A DNA stretch of 64,000 nucleotides, from NCBI GenBank assembly GCA_964585615.1, contig CAZPEN010000023.1, positions 1 to 64,000 of the forward strand, given 5' to 3'. The translations under genes were made by a program, and so were the position numbers. The notes under the pieces were generated by a model. That model was not told where the DNA came from, ran no database searches, and saw only the letters and a list, made by a program, of their open reading frames with translations. This stretch comes from an uncultured Chthoniobacter sp. (GTDB lineage Bacteria; Verrucomicrobiota; Verrucomicrobiia; Chthoniobacterales; Terrimicrobiaceae). Every line of letters starts with the position of its first letter. The stretch's first letter is position 1. Shown piece by piece: positions 1 to 9,646 of the stretch.

Positions 1-4
1 GGCC

Positions 5-68
5 GGTTCCGGGCGCTAGGTGTTACGCTTTATCCTTTTACCCTGCGAAGCAGGGACGGAAAAAATTT
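5..68. repeat. Copy 1 of a ~48-60 nt conserved intergenic element (core aggtgt..ccttttNCCCTGCgaaGCAGGGNcggaaaaaa) containing a 6-bp GC-rich inverted repeat
   Basis: Gapless alignment of 18-65 with 16577-16624 gives 42/48 identical nt. Internal palindrome CCCTGC-gaa-GCAGGG followed by an A-run. Lies about 110 nt upstream of the sigma-54 promoter at 178. Confidence 0.6.
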
Positions 69-177
69 TATGAATTTGGACAACTTGATGGCAGCTTTCG
101 CGCATCGGCATCAAGAAGGAAAGCTCCTCACATTCCGTTTGGCAGGGAGAACAAGGATTGCCATTTGCCGCACAAGT

Positions 178-193
178 TGGCACGATTTTTGCC
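178..193 (+). promoter_or_regulatory. Sigma-54 (RpoN) -24/-12 promoter: TGGCACGatttTTGC
   Basis: Exact match to the TGGCACG-N4-TTGC consensus. GC of the -12 element at 191-192, 15 nt before the ATG at 207. Same strand as the downstream gene block. Confidence 0.7.
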
Positions 194-206
194 TCATCTC
201 CATTCG

Positions 207-680
207 ATGAAAAAACTCACATACGCCCTCCTCGCCGCCGCAGTGCTTGCCGGTGCGGGAAACGGATTCACCCGCGAGCCGGAGAAGTTCACGACCGAAG
301 AGGTCGTGACGGAAAAGAAAACCGTGAAAGTGCAGGCCAGTCCGGCCTCGGCCTTTCCATCCAACCCAAACGCGCAATACGTGAAGCTGCGGGTGGGAGA
401 AATCCGCCCGGCCCTTGAATCGAAAGGGAGCCTGTTTGCCTCCGCTCCGGAAGCCTTTTATCTGCCCGCCGAGGCTATCGGAGTGGTGCAGGTGATCGTG
501 GAAAAGAAAGGCACGACCGCCACGTATTTCCTCAAGGGCCTGCGCAAGGGAAAAACGGTCGGGGGCGTGGTCCAGCGCGGATGGCTTGACAAGACCGGCT
601 TCAAACCGAGGACGATCACCGACGAAGGCCGCATCCAGCAAGCGCTCAAGGCAAAACCCTTTTACGTCACTGTCGAATGA
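207..680 (+). CDS. secreted hypothetical protein (signal peptide MKKLTYALLAAAVLAGAG)
   Basis: ORF 165..680; the N-terminal signal peptide starts at the ATG at 207. No recognisable catalytic motifs. Confidence 0.6.
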   Translation: MKKLTYALLAAAVLAGAGNGFTREPEKFTTEEVVTEKKTVKVQASPASAFPSNPNAQYVKLRVGEIRPALESKGSLFASAPEAFYLPAEAIGVVQVIVEKKGTTATYFLKGLRKGKTVGGVVQRGWLDKTGFKPRTITDEGRIQQALKAKPFYVTVE

Positions 681-949
681 AAAAAATATCCATCCCGCTC
701 GCCGCCTCGCTTTTGCTCGTGGGCTGCGCCACGCAGATCACGGAAGGCCCCACCGGCCCTTCACGTCCGGCTCCGGTAGTCACGTCCTCCCCCGCCCCAA
801 CGCCCCGGCCCCAACCGGCGGAATCACCACGACCGACGCCGTCCCCGGTGAGCCGACCCACCCCTTACCCGATCCCCCAGAGACCCGATACAGGCACCTC
901 GCCTCTGGCCCCTTCGCCGGACCAACCGATCTGGCAACGCACCCAGTAA
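677..949 (+). CDS. small proline-rich lipoprotein (LVGCAT lipobox)
   Basis: Signal peptide plus lipobox LLLVGC. Pro/Thr/Ser-rich low-complexity mature part. Start overlaps the previous stop by 4 nt. Confidence 0.5.
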   Translation: MKKISIPLAASLLLVGCATQITEGPTGPSRPAPVVTSSPAPTPRPQPAESPRPTPSPVSRPTPYPIPQRPDTGTSPLAPSPDQPIWQRTQ

Positions 950-958
950 AGGCACTCT

Positions 959-2620
959 ATGCCTGCCGTCTCCGAGCTCAATCTGGCGCTGGTGATTCTC
1001 CGCGATGGGGCCGAGGGGGAGACCATTCCACTCAAGGGCGGAAAATTTACGTTCGGGCGCGATGCGGCGCACGATCTCACCCTGCCCGATGCCTCGGTCT
1101 CCAGAAACCACGCGGAGCTGGCCATTTCGCCAGGTGGAGTGCAACTCCGCGACCTCGGGAGCCGCAACGGCATCCGAGTGAACCGGGTTCCCCGTAAGCA
1201 GGCCAACCTCCTGCCGGGAGACACCTTCGAGATTGGTGTATTTACCTTCCGCCTCAAGGCCGGAGCGGCTCAACGGCGTGCGCCCGCGCTGCAACGCCCT
1301 TCGCCAGAGGTCGCCATCGAACAAACCGTCTCTCGCGCCTTCCCACTCCCGCAGCTGTCCCATGAGCGGCAACTCTCCACCATTTACCACGCCTGTTTCT
1401 GGCTCACGGAGAGCACGGATCCTGAGCTTCTCACCGAACGCCTTGCCCGCCTGCTTTGCGATGCGACCGATGCGGTGGAGGCGCAGTTTTATTCCGCAGA
1501 TCTCACCCTGCGCCACCGCTGCGGAGAGGCCGGAAAACCTGTTGTGAAGATCGCTGCTTTCCTTGCTGAGAAATTCCAGTCCCTGCCCGAGGCGGCCATG
1601 GTATCCGGTAAGGAGATCGCCCGGCACCAAAGGGGCGTCGGCCAGTTCAACTATCTCGTGGGCCCGATTCGCCGGGGGGGGAATGGCGATGCGGCAGCCC
1701 CTTTTATCCTCCTCTTGCGCCCCGAAGATTGGGAACCTTTCACCCTCGATCAGCGCGTGCTGTTGCAAGCCGTCTGCCAACTTTGGGCCAGGGAGACGGT
1801 CAAAATCGAAGCCACTGAGACCCTCCGCCGCGAGAACCAAGCCCTCAAGTTGAAGGCGGCCTCCCCAACCTTGCTCGGCCAGAGCGACGTCCTCCAGCAC
1901 CTGCGCCAGCAACTCAACCGCGCCGCCGCCACCAAGGCCACCATTCTGCTCGATGGCGAGACCGGCTCCGGCAAGGAAGTTGTCGCCCAATTTATCCACG
2001 AATCCAGCCCCCGTGCCGCCAAGCCCTTCGTCAAGGTCAACTGCGCCGCCATTCCCGACGGCCTCATCGAGAGCGAACTCTTCGGCCACCAGAAGGGGGC
2101 CTTCACAGACGCAAAAGACAGCCGCAAAGGCAAATTCCTTCAAGCCAACGGAGGCACCCTTTTCCTCGACGAAATCGGCGAGATGCCTCTCTCCGTGCAG
2201 GCCAAGGTGCTCCGCGCCCTCGAAAACGGGGAGATCGAACCCCTCGGCAGCGAGGCCGTGCAGAAGGTGGATGTGCGCGTCATCGCCGCCACGCACCGCA
2301 ACCTTGCCGAGATGGTCGAGCGCAAGGAATTCCGCCAGGACCTCTACTTTCGTCTCAATGTCTTCAACCTCGGTGTCCCTCCGCTGCGAGAACACGCCGG
2401 GGATATCGCCGAACTGGCCCGCCATTTCCTCGAAGCCTTCTGCCGCGAAAACGGCCTCGCCGAACTCGCCATCGCCCCCGCGGCCCTGGCCCTTCTCGAA
2501 AAACACCAATGGCCCGGCAACGTGCGCGAACTGCGCAATGTCATCCAGCGTTGCGCGATCGTTGCCGCCGGGCCGACGGTTTTGGCGGAAGACGTGAAAA
2601 AGGCGATCGGTGTTTCCTAA
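959..2620 (+). CDS. FHA-domain / GAF-like / sigma-54-interaction (AAA+) transcriptional activator lacking a C-terminal HTH
   Basis: N-terminal FHA signature ([22 protein letters not shown]...NGIRVN). Central AAA+ sigma-54 activator motifs: GETGSGKE Walker A, GAFTDA (GAFTGA-like), DEIGEM Walker B, GNVREL. Protein ends about 30 aa after the AAA+ domain with no Fis-type HTH. Confidence 0.85.
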   Translation: MPAVSELNLALVILRDGAEGETIPLKGGKFTFGRDAAHDLTLPDASVSRNHAELAISPGGVQLRDLGSRNGIRVNRVPRKQANLLPGDTFEIGVFTFRLKAGAAQRRAPALQRPSPEVAIEQTVSRAFPLPQLSHERQLSTIYHACFWLTESTDPELLTERLARLLCDATDAVEAQFYSADLTLRHRCGEAGKPVVKIAAFLAEKFQSLPEAAMVSGKEIARHQRGVGQFNYLVGPIRRGGNGDAAAPFILLLRPEDWEPFTLDQRVLLQAVCQLWARETVKIEATETLRRENQALKLKAASPTLLGQSDVLQHLRQQLNRAAATKATILLDGETGSGKEVVAQFIHESSPRAAKPFVKVNCAAIPDGLIESELFGHQKGAFTDAKDSRKGKFLQANGGTLFLDEIGEMPLSVQAKVLRALENGEIEPLGSEAVQKVDVRVIAATHRNLAEMVERKEFRQDLYFRLNVFNLGVPPLREHAGDIAELARHFLEAFCRENGLAELAIAPAALALLEKHQWPGNVRELRNVIQRCAIVAAGPTVLAEDVKKAIGVS

Positions 2621-2638
2621 GCATCAAAAAATCCATCC

Positions 2639-4438
2639 ATGAAAAAACTCAAAATCCTCTGCATTCACGGCGTGGGCCAGCACGAGGCGGACATCGCCTG
2701 GGTGCAGGCTTGGGCGGATCATGCGATTCAGGGCACGAAGCCCTGGAACCCGACTCTGCAAACCGAGGCAGACCTTCTCTATTTTGAAAAGTTTTTCGCC
2801 GACGCGCCGATCAATGCGGCGACATATGCCAAAGCGATCTCAGCGATGACCTTCAGCGGGCTGACACACGGAATCGGGGATTTGTTCCGCCGCAACCGGG
2901 GGGTCACGGAGGTCTCCAACAAAGTTCGCTGGCTTGCAGGCATGGTGGTGCAATGGGCGGACAACCCTCAACTCCGGGACAAGGTGCGGAAGGCAATCCG
3001 GCAGAAAATCACGAACTATCAACCCGATGTGATTCTCGCCCATAGCCTTGGCTCGCTCGTCACCTACGATACATTCGTGCACGGCGGGGACGATCTCGTG
3101 CGGGACCGATATTACGTGACCTTCGGGTCCCAAATCGGAAATCCCTTCGTGAGAAATATTTTTGGAGGACGGATTGTCCCTCTACCCGCCAAACGCTGGT
3201 TCCATCTTTTCAATCCTCAGGATGACGTGCTGACCGCCCGATTGAATCTCTCGGACACAAATTTTCTTCAAGTCATCACGGATTTTGAGCTTGAAGGCGT
3301 TGGCGATCACGATGCCGATGGCTACCTCAGCCATGCATCTGCCGTTCAGGTTGTGTGGTCAGAGATCAGTGGGGCCGAAAAATCCCAGTTGGCGAGGAAT
3401 CTGAAGGGAAAGTTCACGGCATCCGTGCGCGGTGCGGGCAAGCCTCTCAACCGGGCGCTGATCATCGGAATCAACGACTATCCCGATCCCAAGATGCGGC
3501 TTGAGGGATGTGTCAACGACGCCTTCCGCATGAGTGAGACGCTCCAGGAGTGCGGCTTTCCCGCAGAGGGAATCCGCCTGCTGCTCAATGAGCGCGCCAC
3601 GACGGATGCCATCCGAGAGCGCCTGGCCTGGCTGCTTGACCGTCCCCAGCCGGGCGACCAGCGGTTCCTGGCCTTCAGCGGGCACGGAGCGCAGATCGAA
3701 TCCTACGGACTCGGTGAATCCGTGGACCGTCAGGACGAGTGTCTTGTGCCCTACGATTTCGACTGGAGCCTGGACCGTGCCATCCTCGACGACTTCATCC
3801 ACGACCTCTACGTGGACCTCCCCGAGGGGCTGGACTTTTACGCGTTCTTCGACTGCTGCCACTCCGGAGGACTGGCCCGTGAGGGAGGCCCGAGGGTTCG
3901 GGGCCTGCAGCCTCCCGACGATGTCCGCCACCGCAGCTTGGAATGGGATGGAAAGCTGCAACTCTGGAAAGCCCGCAACCTGCCTCCCGTTAATCCCGAT
4001 CTCGCCGCATCGACAAAAAGCACATCGGCGATCAGTGGCGACGGGTCGGCCCTTTCAAATGGACAGTCTTACCTGGGGCGATCCGGGAATCTGCACCGCC
4101 TCTTGCGCTCTTCCTCACTCCGCACACTGCCAAACGCAAAATACGACTCCGTGCGCAAGGATCTCCATCACCACGGCCCCTATCTGCCCGTCATCTTCCA
4201 AGCCTGTCAGGAAAGCGAACTCGCCTGCGAATACCACCACGGAGCAGTGCCCTACGGGGCTTTCACCTTTGTCACAACCAATATCCTCCGCCAACACGCC
4301 GCACAGAAAAAGACGATCACCTTTGCCTCGTTGATCAAACGAACCAACTCCGCGCTCAAGGCGCTCGGTTACACACAGACACCGGTGCTCGTGGGACCAA
4401 GCGTAAAAATGCGAAAACCAATGCCTTGGAAGAAATAG
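2639..4438 (+). CDS. alpha/beta-hydrolase (lipase/esterase-like, AHSLGS nucleophile elbow) fused to a C-terminal caspase-like peptidase C14 domain
   Basis: N-terminus ILCIHGVGQ, AHSLGS, and later D and H residues typical of alpha/beta-hydrolases. C-terminal half has the caspase His (FSGHGAQ) and Cys (FFDCCHSGG) dyad after an ALIIGINDYPD..L.GCVNDA start. Confidence 0.8.
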   Translation: MKKLKILCIHGVGQHEADIAWVQAWADHAIQGTKPWNPTLQTEADLLYFEKFFADAPINAATYAKAISAMTFSGLTHGIGDLFRRNRGVTEVSNKVRWLAGMVVQWADNPQLRDKVRKAIRQKITNYQPDVILAHSLGSLVTYDTFVHGGDDLVRDRYYVTFGSQIGNPFVRNIFGGRIVPLPAKRWFHLFNPQDDVLTARLNLSDTNFLQVITDFELEGVGDHDADGYLSHASAVQVVWSEISGAEKSQLARNLKGKFTASVRGAGKPLNRALIIGINDYPDPKMRLEGCVNDAFRMSETLQECGFPAEGIRLLLNERATTDAIRERLAWLLDRPQPGDQRFLAFSGHGAQIESYGLGESVDRQDECLVPYDFDWSLDRAILDDFIHDLYVDLPEGLDFYAFFDCCHSGGLAREGGPRVRGLQPPDDVRHRSLEWDGKLQLWKARNLPPVNPDLAASTKSTSAISGDGSALSNGQSYLGRSGNLHRLLRSSSLRTLPNAKYDSVRKDLHHHGPYLPVIFQACQESELACEYHHGAVPYGAFTFVTTNILRQHAAQKKTITFASLIKRTNSALKALGYTQTPVLVGPSVKMRKPMPWKK

Positions 4439-4444
4439 AAGGGT

Positions 4445-5758
4445 ATGATCACTACAACTGAAGAATTGCTTGCCCGCGCCCGCTCTGCCCTGGGAAAGAA
4501 GATCCCTTATGAGAACAGCAAAGGTGGCTTCAAACCCGAAATCGATACTCCCAATCAGCGCGGCGGTTGCGACTGTAGCGGTTTCGTCGCCTGGGCGCTC
4601 GGCATTAGCCGCCTCACGAAGGATCCGTTCTACCTCCGCAAGAATGGTGGCTGGATTGAGACAACAGCCGTTTATGAGGATATTGGCTCGCCGGTGGGGC
4701 TGTTCTCTGCCCTGGACCAGCCACAACCCGGATGCGTCGTGGTCTATCCAGATCACGTCGCCGGTGGCACACCACACGAAGGTCACATCGGAATCGTGAC
4801 GAAGGTAAGAAAAACCGCAGCCGGTGCGGAAGCAACCTCCGTGATTCACTGCTCCTCATCGGGTTGGAAGAAGCAGGGAGACTCTATCCAGGAGAACGCG
4901 CCAGCCGCTCTGCTCAAGAATCCAGATGTGAGATACGGGTGGTTTTCCGGTATGGAATCTGTCATGTCGCCCGCTTCCAGATCCACGATTACCACAGCAA
5001 CCAGAGGGTTGCTCAGAGATGTCCCGCATGCCGCGGGAGTCCGGTTTTCCGTGAAGGAAGGGGACGGGATATTTACCCACGCCTGGGAGTTCCCCGGCGA
5101 GACACCATTCTTTTTTCAGAGCCGCCTTCATGTGTGCGCTGACGGTGCGCCAGACGCCTATGCGCCGGGAAACCTGGGAACAGACGACCTGCGTAACGCC
5201 GGAAAGCCTCCTCGCAAAGACGCTCCGATGGATCGCGACTTTCACCTCTGGAAATGGTTTGGCATAGTTGTTGGTGACGGAAATCACCCCATTGTACAAA
5301 AAGCCTCCGACCCCAACCCCGGCTTCTTCGTTTCCCAAACCGCCCATGGCAACTGGGGACGCTACCCGGAGACCGATCCGCGCTGCTACGTGAACGCCAA
5401 CGAGATCGCCTATCTGGTGCTTCCGAGTGGGCATACCGGCGGAGCTCGCAAGGGAGATTTTGGATCTATTATTCATCGCCCCACCGGCAAGGCGATCCCC
5501 GCCATCTGGTCCGAAGTGGGGCCGGACGACGAGACCGGGGAAGCATCGATTCTGGCTGTGAAGCAACTGGGATTTGTCGCCAACCCTCGCAAGGGAGGCA
5601 GTTCAAAACGCGAATTCCTCTATCTCGTCTTCCCGGGCTCAGGCAATGGTCGGCCTCGCGAGCAGAAAGAGATCGAAAAGATCGGCGGCCGACTTTTCGC
5701 CGATTGGGGCGGAATCCAGCGGGTATCGCGCCTGCCGGATCTGACGGGACGGGTATGA
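4445..5758 (+). CDS. NlpC/P60-like (papain-fold) cell-wall peptidase domain protein with a C-terminal domain of unknown function
   Basis: GGCDCSGFVAWALG motif (NlpC/P60 catalytic Cys context) and downstream HIGIV His. About 290 C-terminal residues unassigned. Confidence 0.6.
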   Translation: MITTTEELLARARSALGKKIPYENSKGGFKPEIDTPNQRGGCDCSGFVAWALGISRLTKDPFYLRKNGGWIETTAVYEDIGSPVGLFSALDQPQPGCVVVYPDHVAGGTPHEGHIGIVTKVRKTAAGAEATSVIHCSSSGWKKQGDSIQENAPAALLKNPDVRYGWFSGMESVMSPASRSTITTATRGLLRDVPHAAGVRFSVKEGDGIFTHAWEFPGETPFFFQSRLHVCADGAPDAYAPGNLGTDDLRNAGKPPRKDAPMDRDFHLWKWFGIVVGDGNHPIVQKASDPNPGFFVSQTAHGNWGRYPETDPRCYVNANEIAYLVLPSGHTGGARKGDFGSIIHRPTGKAIPAIWSEVGPDDETGEASILAVKQLGFVANPRKGGSSKREFLYLVFPGSGNGRPREQKEIEKIGGRLFADWGGIQRVSRLPDLTGRV

Positions 5759-7596
5759 ACTTCAGGACGGAGGGGCATCTGAACAGGGAGGACTCGCAAG
5801 GCTGGTATTTTAGTGAGTTCGACAGAATTGGCCTTGGCCGATTCCTCCTCCGGCAGAACGCAGGGCGCAAGCTGGCTTTGTGGGCTTTGCTGTTCTGGTC
5901 GATCGTCCTGCTTCTTGGCCACTACGGGAAAGCCAACTATATTCCCCGCGTTTTCGAATTGTCTTTCCCGGTTGGAGAGCAATGGGAAAAATTCACTCTT
6001 GTTCTAAAAAGCGGCTACCTTGCCGAGGCCAACCACGGTCTTTTTTACCTGCTGGTTGCTCCCCTGTTTCTCTTCCTCGCCCACTCCTTTCTATGGCAAG
6101 TGGGTGCCATTACCAGGACCTTGATTGAACACCGCAGGCTTGTGCCCCTGCCACCCAGCGCGAGTTTTACGGAGCGCCTCGCACGATGGAACACCTGGTT
6201 TTTGCCAATTTGGATTCTGGCCTTTTGTGTTTGGGTTCCGGCCCAGCTGTTTCAGGAATATTCCAGCCTCAACAAGGTGAGGTCTTCCGGTTACGACCGG
6301 AAGTCGGAAAGCCTCTCAAAGAACTTTGGCTATGTGCAGGCTTGGCAGACGGGAAAATGGTGCGACACGTTTGGAGAAACTCCCCTGCACGAGCGGGCGG
6401 AATGGCTGGCATCAAGCCGATTGTGGAAAGAAGAGTCTCCCTCGTTATCCCAGAAATTCGAAAATCGCGTCGCTTATAACAAACTCGGCATCCCCTCAGA
6501 ATACTTTATCTCGCTTGAGGCCAGAACGCAGGGATTGGCCTTTAACACCCTCCGGCCAGAAAAGGCCGGAAGAATCTATGACTCGGGACACTTTGCGATT
6601 CGACTTCCCGATTGGTTGCACGCACGAGGAGTTGCTCTGGACAAGCCACCGAAATGGAACTTTACGGTGCTGCCCCAACATCGATGGGATGCCCAAACGG
6701 TACGGGAAAAATATTGCTTTGAAGCCTTCCTGTTTCTCAATCTTGCCTCGGAAGCCTGTTTCCAGGTTGTCGCAACGCTTATCGTGATCAAGAGCATCGC
6801 CTGGATCGTTCTTTTGCAATATTGGCTGCCTTCCGCGACAACTTCCAAACCAAACGGAACGATCTTTCGCTTCATGAGGGAGGTTTTCCCCAAGGTATTT
6901 GCCATTGCCGCGCTCGGACTTACGGTCGTTTTTGCTTGTATCAAGCCGATGACCTTGTTCGCCACGGTTCCGGCCTGGCTGCTGGCTGCCTTGCTTTTCA
7001 ATCTCGCACGTCAGGGACGCAAGGAGGCGATTGCGCACGCCAAGATCAGGCCGGACTGCCAGGATCCGACCCGCAAATACGGAATGGGGGAAATTCACGC
7101 CATATACAATGCCATGGTTGCCCTGGCCGCACTTGGAGCGCTGGGTCTATGCCTACTACTTCTGAATTCCTTCACCCCCGGAGTCTTGGACACGGGTGGC
7201 GGCCACACACAGGTTATCGAATTTCTGAGCATTCTTTTGGTTGTAGCAGTGGTTTTGGCCGTAGTTTTCGGGCCGATGACGTTATTCAGTTGGCACCTCG
7301 CGACGTATCGGGAAAAATGCATCGGCAGAGTGGCCGCCAAAGGCACGACGGAATGGCTGCGCTTGACGGATTTGATGAGAAGCCAATGGGCTTGGCCGTG
7401 GAAGAATGCCTGGTTTGTGACATTGTCGGGGGCGGTCATCGCATTTTGCGCCGTGGGAGCCGGCATGAGCCTGGGTTTTCTGCCGGGTGAGTTACAGAGC
7501 TCTGCCGACAGCTTCATGGATTTGCCACGAAACTTTCGCGAGTTGGCTTGCTATCTTGCTTCCGCCACCAATCCAGAATTGTCTTTCCGAGATTGA
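5755..7596 (+). CDS. polytopic integral membrane protein (about 12 predicted TM helices), unknown function
   Basis: Many long hydrophobic segments. ATG at 5755 overlaps the upstream TGA (ATGA coupling). Confidence 0.6.
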   Translation: MNFRTEGHLNREDSQGWYFSEFDRIGLGRFLLRQNAGRKLALWALLFWSIVLLLGHYGKANYIPRVFELSFPVGEQWEKFTLVLKSGYLAEANHGLFYLLVAPLFLFLAHSFLWQVGAITRTLIEHRRLVPLPPSASFTERLARWNTWFLPIWILAFCVWVPAQLFQEYSSLNKVRSSGYDRKSESLSKNFGYVQAWQTGKWCDTFGETPLHERAEWLASSRLWKEESPSLSQKFENRVAYNKLGIPSEYFISLEARTQGLAFNTLRPEKAGRIYDSGHFAIRLPDWLHARGVALDKPPKWNFTVLPQHRWDAQTVREKYCFEAFLFLNLASEACFQVVATLIVIKSIAWIVLLQYWLPSATTSKPNGTIFRFMREVFPKVFAIAALGLTVVFACIKPMTLFATVPAWLLAALLFNLARQGRKEAIAHAKIRPDCQDPTRKYGMGEIHAIYNAMVALAALGALGLCLLLLNSFTPGVLDTGGGHTQVIEFLSILLVVAVVLAVVFGPMTLFSWHLATYREKCIGRVAAKGTTEWLRLTDLMRSQWAWPWKNAWFVTLSGAVIAFCAVGAGMSLGFLPGELQSSADSFMDLPRNFRELACYLASATNPELSFRD

Positions 7597-7664
7597 AAAT
7601 ATAGCTCGTTGAAATACCTCGTCTCACAATGAGCACATTCTCCTATTGCGACATGACCAGAACT

Positions 7665-7680
7665 TGGCACAGAAATTGCC
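7665..7680 (+). promoter_or_regulatory. Sigma-54 -24/-12 promoter: TGGCACagaaaTTGC
   Basis: Matches the TGGCAC-N5-TTGC consensus. In the 95-nt gap before the kinase gene. GC of -12 at 7678-7679, 13 nt before the GTG at 7692. Confidence 0.65.
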
Positions 7681-7691
7681 GGCCAGCGTAA

Positions 7692-9599
7692 GTGACAAAC
7701 GACGAACTCAATTCCTCCACGCTCAGCGGCGCGACCAGCGCCGGCGACGGTGCGTTGCCGGACGACATCGATTTCGGCCAGACGATCCGCGGGTTTGTCG
7801 AAGGGCAGGAGGCGTTTGGCCGTTATCGCCTTCGGAAGATTTTGGGCCGGGGCGGCATGGGGCTTGTCTGGCTGGCATGGGACGGACGGCTGGAGCGGGA
7901 TGTCGCGCTCAAGTTCATGCCGGAGATGGTGCGTTTGGATGCTTCGGCCATTGACGATCTCAAGCGGGAAACGCGCAAGAGCCTCGAACTCACTCATGCC
8001 AACATCGTTCGCATTCACGATTTTGCCATGGACGACTTGTCGGCAGCCATCGCCATGGAATATGTGGATGGCCCTACGCTTTCGGCTCTCCGCATCCAAA
8101 AACCGAACCGCGTTTTCGAGCCGGACGAGATTGTTGAGTGGGTGCGCCAGCTCTGCGCCGCCCTCGACTATGCACACTCGGAGGCCAAAATCGTCCATCG
8201 TGACCTCAAACCCGCCAACCTGATGCTCAGTTCCGGCGGACGCCTCAAAATCACCGACTTCGGCATCGCACGATCAATCAGCGACAGCATGAGTCGCGTT
8301 TCGGTGCAGCATCACGACAGCAGCGGCACGCTCGCCTACATGAGTCCACAGCAGGCCATCGGTGCGAAGCCTTCCTCAGCGGATGACATCTACAGCCTCG
8401 GGGCGACTCTCTATGACCTCCTTACCGGGAAGCCTCCGTTCCACAGCGGGAACATCTACGCCCAAGTTCGAGAGGTTGTGCCACCACCCATAGCCGAGAG
8501 ACGGGTGCAGCTGGACGTGGGAAGCAGCATGGTGCTTCCTGAGTCATGGGAAAAGATGATTGCAGCTTGCCTGGCGAAGGATCCTGCACACCGCCCGCAA
8601 TCGGCTGCCGAGATCTGGGAGGGTCTCAACGTACGTGTGTCCGCTGACACGTTGAAAAAATCGAGCCGCTTTCCGGTGCGGGTGGCTGCTGTTGTGGTCC
8701 TCTCCCTCATCGCTGCAGGCGCAGGCTGGTGGTTCGGCTACGAGCAGCCGCGCCAGCAGGCTGCTGCCGCACTCGCAGCCCAGGCGCAGGCCGAGGGACT
8801 CGCCCGCCAGGCCGCTGCTGCCGAGGCACAGGTTCAAAAGGAAGAAGCCGAAACCGCCGCTCGACAGGAAGCCGAGCGAAAGAAGGCCGAAGCTGCCGCC
8901 GCCGAGCAAGCCCGCATCGCCGCAGCCAAGCAGCAGCTCATCACCGAGACCCAGGATCTTGCTCAAAAGGCGCTCGCGGCCAAACAGTGGAACCAGGCAG
9001 AGTCCATTGCCGACAAACTTACCTCGCTCGACCCTCAGAATACGCAGATCGCGAGCATCCGCCAGTCTACAGTAGTCGGCCGCGAAGCCCAGCGTACCTC
9101 CGAGGAACGCGCCCGGGCGCTGCCCCCCGACCTCCCCGCCTCCGCAGCCTTCAGCACAGAAGCGATCTTCGCTCCCTCCCCCTACGCATCATACAACAAC
9201 TACTCGCAAAGTCAGATCCTTCGAAGAGCTCAGGAAAAGCTCAAATCAGCCGGGCTTTACAGCGGATCCGCTGACGGAGAATCCGGTGCAGGAACCACAA
9301 ATGCACTCATCGCTTTCCAGCGGGCAGACATGAACTTGCCTGTTTCAGGACGGTTGGATGATCCCACGCTCGCCGCACTCGGCCTCACCGGCATCGCCGA
9401 AATGACAGCGCCTACCCCCACACCACGTCCAAAACCGACCGCCACACCGAGGCCAAAGCCCGCAGGCACTACGAAGCCTCCTCCTTCCAATCCCAATAGT
9501 TCCGTGGATCCTAGAAGTGCCCTTCAAAGAAACTACGAGGCGGGATACATAGACAAAGAAACAAGAGACTTTTACCTCGAAGGTTTAAAAAACAGATAA
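7692..9599 (+). CDS. Hanks-type Ser/Thr protein kinase with TM helix, Ala/Gln/Glu-rich coiled-coil linker and C-terminal peptidoglycan-binding (PG_binding_1-like) domain
   Basis: Kinase motifs GRGGMG, VALK, HRDLKPAN, DFG, SGTLAYMSPQQ. TM segment VAAVVVLSLIAAGAGWWFG. C-terminus LKSAGLYSGSADGESGAGTTNALIAFQRADMNLPVSGRLDDPTLAAL matches the PG_binding_1 pattern. GTG start. Confidence 0.9.
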   Translation: MTNDELNSSTLSGATSAGDGALPDDIDFGQTIRGFVEGQEAFGRYRLRKILGRGGMGLVWLAWDGRLERDVALKFMPEMVRLDASAIDDLKRETRKSLELTHANIVRIHDFAMDDLSAAIAMEYVDGPTLSALRIQKPNRVFEPDEIVEWVRQLCAALDYAHSEAKIVHRDLKPANLMLSSGGRLKITDFGIARSISDSMSRVSVQHHDSSGTLAYMSPQQAIGAKPSSADDIYSLGATLYDLLTGKPPFHSGNIYAQVREVVPPPIAERRVQLDVGSSMVLPESWEKMIAACLAKDPAHRPQSAAEIWEGLNVRVSADTLKKSSRFPVRVAAVVVLSLIAAGAGWWFGYEQPRQQAAAALAAQAQAEGLARQAAAAEAQVQKEEAETAARQEAERKKAEAAAAEQARIAAAKQQLITETQDLAQKALAAKQWNQAESIADKLTSLDPQNTQIASIRQSTVVGREAQRTSEERARALPPDLPASAAFSTEAIFAPSPYASYNNYSQSQILRRAQEKLKSAGLYSGSADGESGAGTTNALIAFQRADMNLPVSGRLDDPTLAALGLTGIAEMTAPTPTPRPKPTATPRPKPAGTTKPPPSNPNSSVDPRSALQRNYEAGYIDKETRDFYLEGLKNR

Positions 9600-9646
9600 T
9601 ACCGCGATTTCTAACAGCTACCAACTTACTATCTTTTAAACACAAT

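Noticed and set aside
41-65. Hairpin CCCTGCgaaGCAGGG as a rho-independent terminator
   Set aside because: Followed by an A-run on the plus strand and preceded (not followed) by a T-run on the minus strand, so it lacks the U-tract required on either transcribed strand.
824-2509. 561-aa ORF on the minus strand
   Set aside because: Lies entirely antisense to the well-supported FHA-sigma-54 activator gene. Ala/Gly/Arg-rich composition typical of spurious ORFs in high-GC DNA. No motifs.
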